A DNA stretch of 64,000 nt from Eledone cirrhosa (GCA_964016885.1 OZ024749.1:24056001-24120000), one strand, 5' to 3'. Counted from the stretch's first letter, positions 18,275 through 35,633 are shown. Notes: generated by a model from the sequence alone, not told the origin. A program made the numbers and translations.

Positions 18275-18493
18275 TGTTTGTATCTATCTATGAATATATA
18301 CATATTCATGTAACATTCATTTTTCCATGAGTATTGGGATAATATATATATAACTGTTTAAGCATGTGCATGTGAATTTGTATGTGTGTGCGAGTTTGTG
18401 AGTGTACGTGTGTTTCATTGGATGTCTGTATGAGTAAATGTTTAATACAACAGTGTGTATATGTATATCCACACCAGGATAATCTATCGGTAA

Positions 18494-18554
18494 GCTACTG
18501 CTGCTGCTGTTGTTACTACTATTACTACTACTACTACTACGACTACGACCACTT

Positions 18555-18587
<33 letters not shown>

Positions 18588-18610
18588 TTACTAATACTAC
18601 TACTACTACA
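18494..18610. repeat. (TAC)n trinucleotide microsatellite
   Basis: Direct reading. Confidence 0.9.
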
Positions 18611-19060
18611 GCTGTTTGCCTATATGACATTCCGTACGTCCTAAAATGTTTTGTTTGTTTGTTTAGGACGTGAATGGAATACTCCATAGAGATGTTCACA
18701 AGATATACAGTTAGTTTCCACCTACAACAACACCGAATGTTTTGATTACTTCAACATCAATATTTTTTCTTATTTACGAAACTCACATCCGAAATTACTC
18801 TGGAGATTGCGTATATTTTGCTTAGATTTTTTCACGCGCAAAAATAAATTAACTTAGCTTGCACAAAAATTGAAAAATTTGTCATCATTCGTTGACACTT
18901 AGAATCTAACAGTTAATGTAATTTACCTCTAATCTCTATTCAGAACCGTAAAAGCCCGGATCACTTTCAAAATAATTTTTAGAAATTAAATTTATATGTA
19001 TGCGTGTCTTGCTCTTGATGTATGTAATGTATTTATATATATTAATATGTGCGTGAACAC

Positions 19061-19123
<63 letters not shown>

Positions 19124-19533
19124 TACATATAGAAAAAATAAATCAAAGTACGCCTACATACTTATTCAATTTTTATTCGCTAACAATGTTTCATCCATAC
19201 CGTGGGGCAGGATTCATCAAAGCGTAATCAATAAAAAATATTGTTCTGAATATAAGCTCTACCAAGCTTAGTCACCAGAAGAGTAGAGAAACTGTACAGG
19301 AAAGCATGAGGGAGATTGGATATGAGAAGGATACACTCGGTCAAATGAAACACTCGGCGTCGTAACCGACAGAATGCCACATATATGTATGTCGATATCT
19401 CACCAACAGGTACATTAATTACATAAGTAGGACATTCCCTCAATTGAAGAACAATCATCGCCGTAAGAGAGTCATTTCATTTCATTTCTATCATGACGTA
19501 TTTAGTGTTTATTTAGGAAGCCGGACCCTTTTA

Positions 19534-19700
19534 GTGAAAGTTCGTGGCCTAATAGCAACTACGCTCATAATCACCTGGGTTTGTTTCCTCACTTAGGCTG
19601 TATGTTGTTTGCTTGAGCAAAACTCCTCGTTGCTCCATTGTAATCAGCTGAAAATAAGTAGCAGCAGCAATAGCTGGGAGTTTAACCCTACGATTGACTG
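19534..19700 (+). mobile_element. Degenerate tRNA-headed CORE-type SINE
   Basis: GTGAAAG..CGTGGCCTAAT head and TGTTGTTTGCTTGAGCAAAACT..CGTTGCTCC core, similar to the copy at 31745-31867. Confidence 0.45.
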
Positions 19701-20009
19701 GCGTCTTGTCCAGGAAGGCGGTATGTGATCTCAGCAACCTTACGCCACGTAAAGCAGGGTAAGCACCGACGTAATGTGCCTCCGGGCTCGAAACAGAGTT
19801 TAGTCTATTTTAGTTTCTCTTTATCAAAAAGAAAAATACCTTATAATATGTATTACGGTTATAATACTATTATACAATATTTATTAATATAGAATTCGAG
19901 AACAGAAGCGAAATTGGTGTATTATGTTTTGAAGGAAATATCTATAAATATCTACTAATAGGATTTATATTTATAAGCATATATATACATAAACCAGACA
20001 CATATACAT

Positions 20010-20362
20010 ATCAGTAAGGTCATGGAGCGAGTCATCAGAAAGAAACTGATCACTTTCCTCGAGGAAAATGACCGCTTGACTAGCATGCAGCATGGCTTTC
20101 GCCCAGGAAGAAGCTGCCTTACACGGCTGCTACGTCACTACGACTGCGTACTGAAACAACTGCTAGACAGCGCACATGTGGACGTGATATATATTGACTT
20201 TGCGAAGGTTTTTGACAAGGTCGACCACGGAATGATAAGTCACAAATTACACAGACTCGGCCTAACTGGAAAAGGAGGTGAGTGGCTGCATGACTTCTTA
20301 AAGGACATAAGCCAGACAGTCGCAGCAAACGGGGCCCTCGCAAAAGAAACATCAATAACAAT
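20010..20362 (+). pseudogene. CR1/L2-group LINE reverse transcriptase fragment
   Basis: ISKVMERVI..QHGFRPGRSCLT..DVIYIDFAKVFDKVDH..WLHDFL..QTV. Confidence 0.88.
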
Positions 20363-20588
20363 ATATATATATAGATATATATATAAAAGTTAGAGTTAAT
20401 AACTCGTACTGAAACCCTCTAATTAACAAGCTCAAAGTATAAATACTGAGCATTATAATAATAATATATGTAGTAATACACAGTAAATCTTGTGTTTAAA
20501 ATTACGTAATTTTAAACACACGATATACACATATATACATGAAGAAACGGCCGCAGCTCAGCCGTCGGGGTCCTGACTCTTTTCCTAT

Positions 20589-20621
<33 letters not shown>

Positions 20622-20627
<6 letters not shown>

Positions 20628-21495
20628 GTCTTATTGTGTTCTTATTAAAGATGGTGTGGTACCTATGTTGTATGGGGAAGTGTAATTTCAGCAAAGTGAA
20701 GAAAATCCTGGCTATCGGAGTAGATACCTCTCTATTGAAGGGAGGGTTGTACCAGCTAATCTGCCTATGTCTATTCCTCCTCTGCAACCTTGCGGTGGTT
20801 TCTAGGTAAGTTATCTTATCTTTAAATCCGCTACGGGCGAGGGCGTCATTGTAGTAGGAGGCAGATGCATTAAAAATATCTTTGTTGGCGGAGAGGCCAG
20901 ATATTCTAATAGAGACGCTTTTTACTAGGTTATCAGTGATGTTTTGGGGGTGGTTTGAATTAACATTAATATATTTAAGGGACTCGTTAGGTTTGTGGTA
21001 CGGGTAATAGAGGGAAGTATCTAGGTCGAGAGTGACATCTAAGAAGTTGGCCCTAGTCAAATTAGATTCTATAGTTATACTAAATCCTAGATTAGAGAAG
21101 AAAGAGCTTAAGTTTTTCCGAAACCCATCGGTGGTTCTGGGGTTAACCTTATGCAGGGCGAAGAGGCCGTCGTCTCGGTATAAACCTCCCGTTAGGCCGG
21201 TAAAGAGGTTCTTCAGGTGATGTAGGATGTACAGGCCCACAAGGTCGCTAATTTCAGCCGAGTCACTCGCCCCCATGCTAACGTCAAATGGGGTCTGAGA
21301 TTTCTTGTTGATCCAGTAAGATCCATCATGGTATAGAAAGGTCTTACGAGCGTGGAGGATAACAACTTGCTCAGCATCGGTAATGGTGGTAAAATTCCTG
21401 GCAAAGTTAATTGTGTCCTTCAGGAGGGGCTCCGAGATAGAGGCATAGTAGTTTTCTATGTCGAGTTGCAGGAAGCGAGCGTGGTGTTTGTCGAC
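20622..21495 (-). pseudogene. Naiad-type PLE RT internal fragment (uninterrupted frame)
   Basis: FLQLDIENYYASISE, FDVSMGASDSAEISDLVG, LYRDDGL, NFLDVTL, SNHP, WYNPPFN, IFNKNTIRLS, then (TA)n. No endonuclease domain. Confidence 0.9.
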
Positions 21496-22061
21496 CTTGT
21501 GGGCCTGTACATCCTACATCACCTGAAGAACCTCTTTACCGGCCTAACGGGAGGTTTATATCGAGACGACGGCCTCTTCGCCCTGCATAAGGTTAACCCC
21601 AGAACCACCGATGGGTTTCGGAAAAACTTAAGCTCTTTCTTCTCTAATCTAGGATTTAGTATAACTATAGAATCTAATTTGACTAGGGCCAACTTCTTAG
21701 ATGTCACTCTCGACCTAGATACTTCCCTCTATTACCCGTACCACAAACCTAACGAGTCCCTTAAATATATTAATGTTAATTCAAACCACCCCCAAAACAT
21801 CACTGATAACCTAGTAAAAAGCGTCTCTATTAGAATATCTGGCCTCTCCGCCAGCAAAGATATTTTTAATGCATCTGCCTCCTACTACAATGACGCCCTC
21901 GCCCGTAGCGGATTTAAAGATAAGATAACTTACCTAGAAACCACCACAAGATTGCAGAGGAGGAATAGACATAGGCAGATTAGCTGGTACAACCCTCCCT
22001 TCAATAGAGAGGTATCTACTCCGATAACTAGGATTTTCTTCACTTTGCTGAAATTACACTT

Positions 22062-22064
<3 letters not shown>
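21492..22064 (+). pseudogene. Inverted duplicate of the same PLE RT fragment
   Basis: Near-identical reverse complement of ~20675-21247; junction at GTCGAC (21490-21495); ends in (TA)n. Confidence 0.9.
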
Positions 22065-22126
<62 letters not shown>

Positions 22127-22195
22127 CATACATACATACAAGTAGTCAGTGTCTCAGGCTTTTACAAATCGCTAAGGGGATAAAGTTGATATACA

Positions 22196-22421
22196 CAGTG
22201 GTGTTTACATGAGCAAAATCGATGTGAAAAAAATCGCTTTTTAAATAAGAGAAAATGTGTTTAGAACGGAAAAAAGTATTTGGTGTCTGCAGCTATGTGG
22301 AAACGAATCTCGTATCTCCCAGATAAGAGCAATATAGATAAGCTGTTTCATTCCTTGCAACGGCCAGTAGCAACAGCTTTCTCCATTTTTAAATGTTTTC
22401 ACCCTACTTTGTAAACAACTG
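22196..22421. mobile_element. Possible Tc1/mariner-type MITE
   Basis: Imperfect terminal inverted repeats CAGTGGTGTTTACA / TGTAAACAACTG, TA on the right side only. Single copy in the window. Confidence 0.3.
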
Positions 22422-22466
22422 TAACACACCTACGCGCATGAGCACGCCACTCTTTATATTATATTA

Positions 22467-22552
<86 letters not shown>

Positions 22553-22581
22553 CTCTCTCTCTCACTCTCTCTATCTATCTA

Positions 22582-22678
<97 letters not shown>

Positions 22679-23219
22679 ATACTCACACATACTCTCTCTC
22701 TCTCTGTCTCTCTCTCACACACACACACACACACAGATATATATATATAAACCTGTCAACGCAAAGGAGAGTGAGGGAAATGAAAAGAAAAGGAAAGAAT
22801 TGGAAAATAGCATGCTGAATATCAGCTACACAAAGTTTTGCTGAAAATATATAAAGTGCAAGCGATTATCCAGCAAACGTTCTCTCACAATTCACCAAAT
22901 TCCCCATCAATACCCAAGGTATTAAACTGCTATAGCTATGTGTTGATTGAACCACGAGAAATAATTGACTGCAATATAAAAGTATCGATTCGATAGTTTC
23001 GTGAGAGCTGAGAGGGTTTTATTGTTAATGGATGGAGTTGCGTGGAACTGCGTTGAACTGCATGGAATTGCGTTGTGTATGAGCAAGGAGAGAGTGGCTA
23101 AGGTGATTGCTTGCTACATTCACCATTAATAGGGTGAGGTTAAACAATCAGGGGTTTATATAGTAGAACTCTGAATCGTTATCTATCTATGTATCTATCT
23201 ATATAGGAATCTATCTCTA

Positions 23220-23346
<127 letters not shown>

Positions 23347-23567
23347 ACATATATGAGACATTGAACTATTGGTTAGATATTACACTCACTCTCCCTCTTT
23401 ATATGTGTGTATATATATATATACATATATGTGGGGAGAGAGAGAGAAGGGGAGAGAAAGAGAGGAGAAATGTATTTTCATATGAAATAAGTTGCACGCA
23501 TGTGTGATTATATTTGATATATTTGTGTATAAGAGAAAGGAAATACATACCTACATACATACATACA

Positions 23568-23603
<36 letters not shown>

Positions 23604-23842
23604 TATAAGTATTCATACATTTGTGACTGTGAGAGGGAGAGGGCATGTGCGTGTATGTGTATATATATATGTATGTATAAGGTTATATATTAGAGCAGTT
23701 TACTCCCTATGAATTTTGTATTGGAGTTAAAAGTGTTATAGAAATACGTTCCAATATATGTTCTTTATGAATTATTGATAATAACAGCAAAATACTTACA
23801 ATTCCAAAAGAATATAACTAACAGAGACACGCATATACACAA

Positions 23843-23877
<35 letters not shown>

Positions 23878-23938
23878 ACTTTGGACAATGTGCATGTTCA
23901 TATACACACGCATATACAAACAGACGCACACACACACG

Positions 23939-24235
<297 letters not shown>

Positions 24236-24654
24236 TATATATATAATATATAAATATATGTATATTATCGGTGCCCCAGCATGTCCTCGGCCGGATGACT
24301 GGCACAGGCAAAAGAGTAAAAGATTATATATATATATATATATGTATAAATGTATACTTTGGAGAGTGAATAAATTCATATATATACGTAGACATACAAT
24401 CTTACACACAATAGGTTCACGGTTATCTCCCGTGTCACTCTGACGTGTAAAAACCCTTACAGTCTTCCGCTCATTAATGGTAATTTCTATCACTTCTATA
24501 TATAGCAAACCACAATTCCTGGGATCTGGCTTCTTCTTTATATTAATCATTATTTTTATTTTTTATTTTATCTTCTCTGATCCTAAATTTCCGTTGTTGG
24601 GATCTAGCTCGAAACATCATCGGAAATATCCGTCATTAACAGTGTTTAAATATA

Positions 24655-26525
<1,871 letters not shown>

Positions 26526-26976
26526 TGTATTTTGCGATAAATTATTAATCCCAATTTTCCCTCTCGTTTATATTTCAACAGAAACCAGAAGATTTATTCT
26601 GACACGATGCGACCTTCCTTGAAATTGAGGAACGACCTGAAGGGAAATAAACTAGTATTATTCTAAAGTTGGTGTTAATCATTTAGATAATCTACGTAGC
26701 TGAAATTTTGGCCGTTGAATTTCGATGACAGTTACTCCGGTCTCATATAATGTCACAGGTTTATTAACATATCTAACCGTATCCCTGGAAGAATTAATCT
26801 GCAATCTGCAAGGTAGCCATATAATTCCCGATTACAATACAATCAGTAGATATCAATATTATATTTCTCTATTTACACTGTATGGTCTTATTTCTCTAGA
26901 ATATACACCATATCTGTTGACAGGCTACATACGCTTCTGAATATATATCCGCCTTTACGACATGTACATGCAAATA

Positions 26977-27163
<187 letters not shown>

Positions 27164-27181
27164 TATATATATATATGTATA

Positions 27182-27241
<60 letters not shown>

Positions 27242-27330
27242 CACATATATATAGATATATACACCCATACCCATATATACTTATATATATATATACACAC
27301 ACGCGTATATATATATATATATATATATAA

Positions 27331-27793
27331 ACATTGTTAATAGCAAAGGAGCTCTTAAGAGTCAATGGCCATCCAAAATCACCGGGAGAGATGGCCCCTT
27401 AGCCTTTGTCAAGGCAGAATTCTAGGAGAAGGAAAACTCTGATATAACACCTGCAACCCTGATGGTATCCAATGATGTTGACTTGTTCTTCTTTTTGGTA
27501 AATATCATCTTGGTTAAGAGAGTGGGAGTGGCTTTGTGCAGTGGCATTGCTCACTATAAAAGCTTCACGGCACAGGCATTGCTCTATATCTGGAGATCTT
27601 TCTGCACTTGTCGTCACATGGTACCATGGGCCCAGCACCATGTGTCAATATTTGTCACAAGTGTAGTGTTTGTACCAGAGTTTTCAAGTCGCTGGCTGGA
27701 CTAAAAAGTCACACTCGTTCAGCGCATCGGTAGGGGTTCTCCTACATGGATATAAAGTAGTGGCCGTACTCGAAAAGGAATTGGCAGCCACCA
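27331..27793 (+). mobile_element. Short non-autonomous RTE-like LINE derivative
   Basis: RTE 5'UTR-like TCTAGGAGAAGGAAAACTCTGAT, joined to a C-terminal C2H2 finger [23 protein letters not shown] (27662-27733) and a short 3' UTR ending in (TA)n. Confidence 0.6.
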
Positions 27794-27883
27794 TATATAT
27801 ATGTATAAATGTGTGTATATGTGTATGTATATATGTATGTATATATGTATGTATATATGTATATATGTACGTATATATATGTA

Positions 27884-27942
<59 letters not shown>

Positions 27943-28045
27943 ATATGTATATATGTATATATGTATATATCTATGTATATATATGTATATATGTATATAT
28001 ATATGTATGTATATATGTATGTACATATATGTATGTGCATATATG

Positions 28046-28103
<58 letters not shown>

Positions 28104-28159
28104 ATATATATATATATATAATATATAATATAATATATATATATATATATATATATACA

Positions 28160-28263
28160 CTGTAAATGTGGTTGATGTTAGGAAGGGCATCCAGCTGTAG
28201 AAAACCCGCCAGACAGTCCTATGCAAGCGTGGAACATCGACGTTAAACAATGATGATGATGAT
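28160..28263 (+). mobile_element. SINE 3' fragment with (TGA)n tail
   Basis: TTAGGAAGGGCATCCAGCTGTAGAAA...GACGTTAAACAATGATGATGATGAT. Confidence 0.5.
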
Positions 28264-28275
28264 ATATATATATAT

Positions 28276-28465
28276 AACTGTTTCTACTTTAGGCACAAGG
28301 CCAGCAACTACCCAGTACATTACTGGTACTTTATTTTATCGACCCCGTAAGGATGAAAGGCAAAGTTAACCTCGGCGGAATTTGAACTCAGATCGTAAAG
28401 GGAGGTAACTCTATGCTAGAAAGCATGGCGTCCAACCCTCTACCGATACTGCCAATTCACCGCCC
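28276..28465 (-). mobile_element. tRNA-headed Meta-domain SINE, full length
   Basis: GGGCGGTGAATTGGCAGTATCGG..GAGTTCAAATTCC..GCCTTTCATCCTTACGGGGTCGATAAAATAAAGTACCAG. Confidence 0.85.
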
Positions 28466-28480
28466 TATATATATATATAT

Positions 28481-28608
28481 AACGAAGGAAATATGGTAAG
28501 GAACCAGATGGACCATAACGCACCAAAGTACTCAATACTTAGGGTAGTAGAGTGGGTAATAGGAACGAGTAGGACCCCGACGGCTGAGCTCAAGCCGTTT
28601 CGGCGGCT
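28481..28608 (-). mobile_element. Family B copy
   Basis: Reverse complement of 2890-3018; GAAA CGGCT tgagctc AGCCG TC^GGGGTC. Confidence 0.8.
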
Positions 28609-28741
28609 ATATATATGTATATATATATATATATATATATGCATGTTTTTGACGTCTTTTTGACGTACACCATTACTGTGAAAGCTTTCATTTCTAATTT
28701 CAAAGTTGCTCCCGGTTTCAAACCGTACCTCTCTCTCTCTT

Positions 28742-29030
<289 letters not shown>

Positions 29031-29234
29031 ATATCCGTATGTCTATTTATCTGTCTCTATTTAAGTACTGAGACACACACAGGTTCTCCTCTCTTTCTTT
29101 CTCTCTCTCTCTCTTTCTCACACACATACTCACATACACACACACATATATATAAATAGCAGAAAACCACCATAACTCAAGGTTTGCATGCATTGCCTCA
29201 GTAAAGCTATAAATCGCATACTATTTTTGGATCT

Positions 29235-29420
29235 ACGCACAAAGATAACACTTTCAGGGGGAGGGGGAATTCGATTGAGTCGACCCCTGTGCGTTAATGG
29301 CACTATATTTTATCGATACTGTAAGAATGAAAGGCAATGTTAAGAGGGCCGGCTTTGGAACTCCTAACGTAAAGTGATGTAATTATATGGCACAAACTAT
29401 GTTGTCTGAGTCTCTTCTCA
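29235..29420 (-). mobile_element. Old Meta-domain SINE
   Basis: TATTTTATCGA...GAATGAAAGGCAA..GAACTC matches the reverse of the SINE consensus. Confidence 0.55.
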
Positions 29421-29572
29421 TACTAACAACACACTTAATTTATATTTCTAAATAATACTTCCAGTAATACACAGTAGTATCAATACAAAGGGAGAGATTT
29501 TGATGATAGGTTTACTTTTCAAGTATTGTCCGACGCTCTAGCCATATTGCCCAACACACCGGATCATTATCA

Positions 29573-29930
29573 ATTGGCAGTATCGGTAGAGGGTCGGACG
29601 ACATGCTTTGACGCATAGAGTTACGGCCCTCTCCATTCTGCGTTCAGATCCCACCGAGGTTAACTTTGCCTTTCATCCTTACGGTGTCGATAAAATAAAG
29701 TACCAGTAATGCTGGCCTTTTTCCAAAAGTAGAAACAATTAAGTGCGGTGAATTGTCACTATCGGTAGAGGCTTGAACGCCATACGTTCTAGCATAGTTA
29801 CGTCCCTTTATGGTCTGAGTTCAAATGCCGTCGAGGTTAACTTTGCCTTTCATCCTTACATGCTCGATAAAATAATGTACCAGTAATGTACTGTTTATTT
29901 GTTGGCCTTGTGCCAAAAGTAGAAATAATT
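29573..29930 (+). mobile_element. Head-to-tail dimer of Meta-domain SINEs (29573-29742, 29744-29930)
   Basis: Two consecutive A-box/B-box/Meta units, each ending CCAAAAGTAGAAA.AATTA. Confidence 0.8.
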
Positions 29931-31744
29931 ATCAATATATAAATTTGAGGGATTTCCGTCCGTCCATCTATCACACAATGTTTGTGTTTGTGTGAATATA
30001 TATGTGTGTAAAAGGAAGGAAGAGAATTGCAGAAATACTAAAGCAAAACAGCGGCTGGTGTTTATTTGCTGTGTGAGTCTATGTGTATGTGTGTCTGTGT
30101 GTGTGAATGTATATGTATTTGTGTGAAAGTATGTCTGTGAGTTTGTATTTTTGTAAGTGTGTCTGTATTTGTGCATTTATATTTATATTCTCATACATAT
30201 AAATGTATGCATACACACATATACACATGCACGTCAACGTGTTAAAAAAATCTATTACACAGAAATTAAATAGTTGACATCTGTGGCGTTTGAACTCTGG
30301 ACTGATAACTTTGGACGAATCTCTGTATTTCAGTTCGGCTGATAATCTAACATTTCTACCAAACATTAAGCACATACAACAACTAATCGAACGATACAAA
30401 TATAAAATGAAAAATAACCGCATTATTTATTTAATAAATCCGAACTATTGTTTTTCTCTTAATGGACGTACTTTTAAATAACAATATATTCCCCGACATT
30501 TTGTTTTGTATTGTAACAGATAATATATTTTCTCAGATGAGATTAAATATTTAGAATAATTCGTTTAAAATATATACTGCTACATCAAAGAAAATAGCCA
30601 AATTATCGATCATAATATCAATTGTAATAAATCATATTTTCTTCAAACCGTAGTCAGTGTTTACTGAAATATCTATAGTGTTTTATGCAATATTGATTTC
30701 GAATTTGCTTACAGACGGTCAGCCCCCGAATCTTTCAGGAATATATTAGTCGATTATTTTTTTTATAGGGTAATAAGCATGAATGGTAGGTACACTGTCC
30801 CTTATTTTGTGGGTCTTAATATGATGTCATAGAGAAGTAAGAGAGAATGAAGGAATCCACAAATCCTGGTCGGAATGTTTGCATCAGTACGGACACAGCA
30901 AAACGTGGCATATTTTCAAGGAAATATTAACATTGCTCAAATGTTTTGGATAAGTGCCGTGACCCACTTTTTTATATTCTCTGTGTCACAAGCATTTCTA
31001 ATGTCTATTTCTACGATTCTATGCGTGTTTTAAATTTCTTAAGTCATTTACCGTGTAAACGCTTGTATTATTTCATACAAAATGTAAACTCACTGAAAAA
31101 TCAGGAGTCGACTACTCATTAAAATCAACTCTGCAATTATTGACAAATATTGCCCACGTGTTAATGGTAAACTGGAGGAGAGACTCAGTCTAATATCAAA
31201 ATAACGAAGAGTATTGCCGGATTTAGGACAAATGAGGCCCTGCGCTAGTTATGTTGTGAGGACACTTACTTGGGTACTGGAGGAGGTTAACATTTTTGGG
31301 GGTAGGATGATGGGTCAACCTGACTAACGTGGCCCTGTGCTTAAGCATACCTAATTATAATAGTAAATCCGAAACTGACCAACAGCAGTATTGAAACTAC
31401 CATTGCCCGATACTGGAACACATTCAGTAAAGTATTATGAACTACACGCTCTCATGTTTCAATGTGCAGTAATATATTGGGAAGGTGGATAGTCCGGGTT
31501 TTATTTGCCAAATTACTTGATGGGTGAGTGAAGTTTGCTTTATCAGGAATCATGAGTGCAGGTTGGCGTTCGGTTTGGAACGCCTCCTGAGTTGTTGTTG
31601 ACTTATTGGTGTAACAACTATCCTATTTACGTATGCGCATATATATATATATCGATCGACTTTCGTCAAATCGGACCGAGGAAACAATGTTTTTGTCGGT
31701 CTTTCCAGTTGCTAGTACTATCTATCGTTCGTAACTCCAGGTAG

Positions 31745-31867
31745 AAGGAGCAACGTGAAATAAAGTGTCTTGCTCAAGGACATAACACATCGCCGGTTCC
31801 AGGAATAGAACTCACAACCTCAATATTGTGAATCCAATTCTCTAACCATTCAGCCACACGCCTTCAC
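31745..31867 (-). mobile_element. tRNA-headed CORE-type SINE
   Basis: The minus strand reads GTGGCTGAATGGTTAG (A box), GAGTTCTATTCC (B box), TGTCCTTGAGCAAGACACTT (CORE-like). Confidence 0.7.
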
Positions 31868-32190
31868 TTATATATATATATACACACACTCTACCACACA
31901 CACATATATATATGTATATATATGTAAAGGTTAAACAGAAATAACAGCACAAACTGTACAGTATATGGATGGAATATATTAGTTTAACGCTTGAAATAGT
32001 TTCGGACGCTATGTGTGTGTGTGGTGTGTAAGTATGTGGTCATTGGTCTCATTGAAGTGATATACTATTACTCCTATCGCATTTTCCTCTTATATTTTCA
32101 CACTCATTCATTCACAAAAATCAAACACATAGTCACTGTCAATTTGGTCGTCTAACCTATTTCTGTTTTTCACACATCATTATTCATTCA

Positions 32191-32383
32191 GGGCAGTGCA
32201 TTGGCAGTATCGGTAGAGGGGCGGACGCCATGCTTTGCAGCAAAGAGTTTCGGCCCTTTATGGTCTGAGTTCAAACCCCATCGAGGTTAACTTTGCCTTT
32301 CATCCTTATGGGGGTCGATGAAATAAAGTACCAGTAATATATTGGAATAATTGCTGGTCTTGTGCCAAAAGTAAAAACAATTA
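32191..32383 (+). mobile_element. tRNA-headed Meta-domain SINE
   Basis: Same consensus as 28276-28465. Confidence 0.82.
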
Positions 32384-32737
32384 TTCATTCAGCTTTAAGT
32401 TCTTCCGGACACCGTGTTCATTTCTGTGTTCACTTTTATCATTAGACTTTTTAAACACCTTGTACCTTCAAACATTGGCATATGTGCCTCTCTGTTAACG
32501 CTTACTAAGATACATCATTACATTCGTATACATGTTATTCTTCGTTTATATTATTTCTGCAGAATAACTAGTCAAGGATATATATTTTCTATTTGAAATA
32601 TCATTTATTTGATTTTGTATTCAAGGAAGAAGACATTAGTTCCCATGTTACAGTTCCATGTAATAGTGCGAGCATAAACACAATCAAAATATATATGTAA
32701 AGAATTCTGCTTTTATACAATTTATTAATATTTTCAT

Positions 32738-32739
<2 letters not shown>

Positions 32740-32805
<66 letters not shown>

Positions 32806-32874
32806 GTGTATATATATATATATATTATATGTATATATATTATGTGTATATATGTATGTATATATATTATGTGT

Positions 32875-32926
<52 letters not shown>

Positions 32927-33075
32927 TATGTGTATATATGTATATTATATATATATATATATAAATATATATATATATTATGTGTATATGTGTATATTAT
33001 ATATATGTATATATATAAATATATATATATTGTGTATATATTATGTGTATATATTATATATATATATATATATTA

Positions 33076-33109
<34 letters not shown>

Positions 33110-33293
33110 TATGTGTATATATTATATATACATATATATATATTTATATTATGTATATATGTATATTTTATGCATATATATATATTTATATGTAATATAC
33201 ATATATATACATGTAATATATATTGACATATATATATATGTATATTTTATACATATATATATATAATACCCATATATATACATATGCACATAT

Positions 33294-33342
<49 letters not shown>

Positions 33343-33430
33343 GTATATATATATATAAATATATATATATATGTATGTATGCTAGTATGTATCCATACAT
33401 ATAAGTATATATATATGTATATTTCTATAT
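32740..33430. repeat. (TA)n / TATTATGTG degenerate array with (CA)n
   Basis: Direct reading. Confidence 0.9.
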
Positions 33431-34433
33431 AAAAACATTGTATATTTGAATTATTAGTTTCGTTTGCTGTAAATTTTAAATCTATATGTAAATGCAATTA
33501 TGCTGTTCTTTAGATTCCATCATTACAAATGTTTTATATTTAAACCTTTCTTCTTACATAAACATCCTAAAATGTCATTCTTAATTCCTTGTGTTTCTAA
33601 AGCTGTATTATATTATATCAAATCTTTCACAATATAAGCTTATATATTAATGTTTCTTGTTTTCCGTTTTTAAATTGTAGAAAGAAATGTGTATATTTTT
33701 ATTTTATTTCAAAATCTCATACTTATATATCTGATGTGATACATCTATGAGAATTCGGATCCAATATGTATATTATGTTACGAGCTTTCTTTTAATTTCT
33801 AAATTTTTAATTAAATAAGTATGTATGTATACATACATACATACGTACACACATATATACTTACACATATTTATATATAAATATATATAAATACACATAT
33901 TTCTATACACATATATACATATATGTATATATATAGAGAGAGATAGATATGTATACATACATACATAGATACCAACATAGATACATACATACATACATAC
34001 ATACTTATATAAATGTGAGTGCGTGTGTATCTTTCTCTATGTGTGTATGTTTATGTGTGTGCTTATGCGTAATTATCAAAACTTTCTTAGAACTCTTGCA
34101 TTCTCCAACTAATTCTTAAGATTCACGTTTCCTTAGAGGAATATATGTTATGCTTCTTTTCAATCAACATTTTAAATCCCTTTTAATTAATTTATAATTG
34201 AAATGAAAGTGAATGTTGTCTCATGCAGGAATATGGCAGTGTTTGAAAACATGTTTATACGAATTATATTGTTTACGCTTTCAGAACATCCCGTGAGCGT
34301 ATCTCTCTAATTTTTATCTTTGAAAGTATGGCGTCTTTTTCAATAATTTATGTATATAGTTTATGTATATAAATTTACACATGCACAAACACATGCACAC
34401 AAATATATATGTATATATAAATATTTACATAAA

Positions 34434-34505
<72 letters not shown>

Positions 34506-34509
<4 letters not shown>

Positions 34510-34700
34510 GAAGGAAATGTGGTAAGAAACCAGGTGGACCATAACGCACCAAAGTACTCAATACTTAGGGTAGTATAGTGGGTAATAGGAATGAGTAGGA
34601 CCCCGGCGTCTGAGCTCAAGCCGTTTCGACGGCTGATTCAGTCCAGAATTAGCCGTCGAAACGGCTTGAGCTCAGACGTCGGGGTCTTCCTCGTTCCTAT
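34506..34700. mobile_element. Family B fold-back copy (tail left)
   Basis: Arms centred on AGTCCA 34640-34645; (TA)n on both sides. Confidence 0.82.
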
Positions 34701-34781
34701 ATATATATATATATATATATATAGGTATATGTATATATGTATATATGTATATATCTATATATATATATATATATATATATA

Positions 34782-34905
34782 TGATTTCTGAAGAATGAAA
34801 AAGTTCTAGTCCTGTAGAATCTCATCTACATTAAAACTGTTATACTCTGCTATGTATTGAGTTCCTTACTTACTGTGGTTACCTCCGATTCAACCCGGAA
34901 TAACG
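34782..34905 (+). mobile_element. Family A copy, 5'-truncated in the HHR core
   Basis: Matches 12841-12964. Confidence 0.82.
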
Positions 34906-34911
34906 TACCTA

Positions 34912-34944
<33 letters not shown>

Positions 34945-35094
34945 ATATGTATATATATATATGGAATAGAATGAAACGAAATTTCATTTCTCACACTTAG
35001 TACGGCAGTTACTTAAATTTATATACATACTTATACATATATGTATATATATATATAACATACATACTTATATATATATATGTATATGTTTATA

Positions 35095-35426
<332 letters not shown>

Positions 35427-35464
35427 TATATATATATATATGTATATGTATATGTATATATACA

Positions 35465-35517
<53 letters not shown>

Positions 35518-35521
35518 GTAA

Positions 35522-35633
<112 letters not shown>

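Noticed and set aside
21352-22212. 286-aa ORF as a novel RT fusion protein
   Set aside because: Its N-terminus is antisense RT sequence across the inversion junction, and its C-terminus is (TA)n.
24587-24627. Possible HHR (ATTTCC..GAAACATCATC GGAAAT)
   Set aside because: Helix I and GAAAC are present but the CTGANGA box is not.
30430-31560. Non-repetitive stretch that could hold a host exon or an old DNA transposon
   Set aside because: No ORF, motif or terminal repeat recognisable by eye; a database search is needed.
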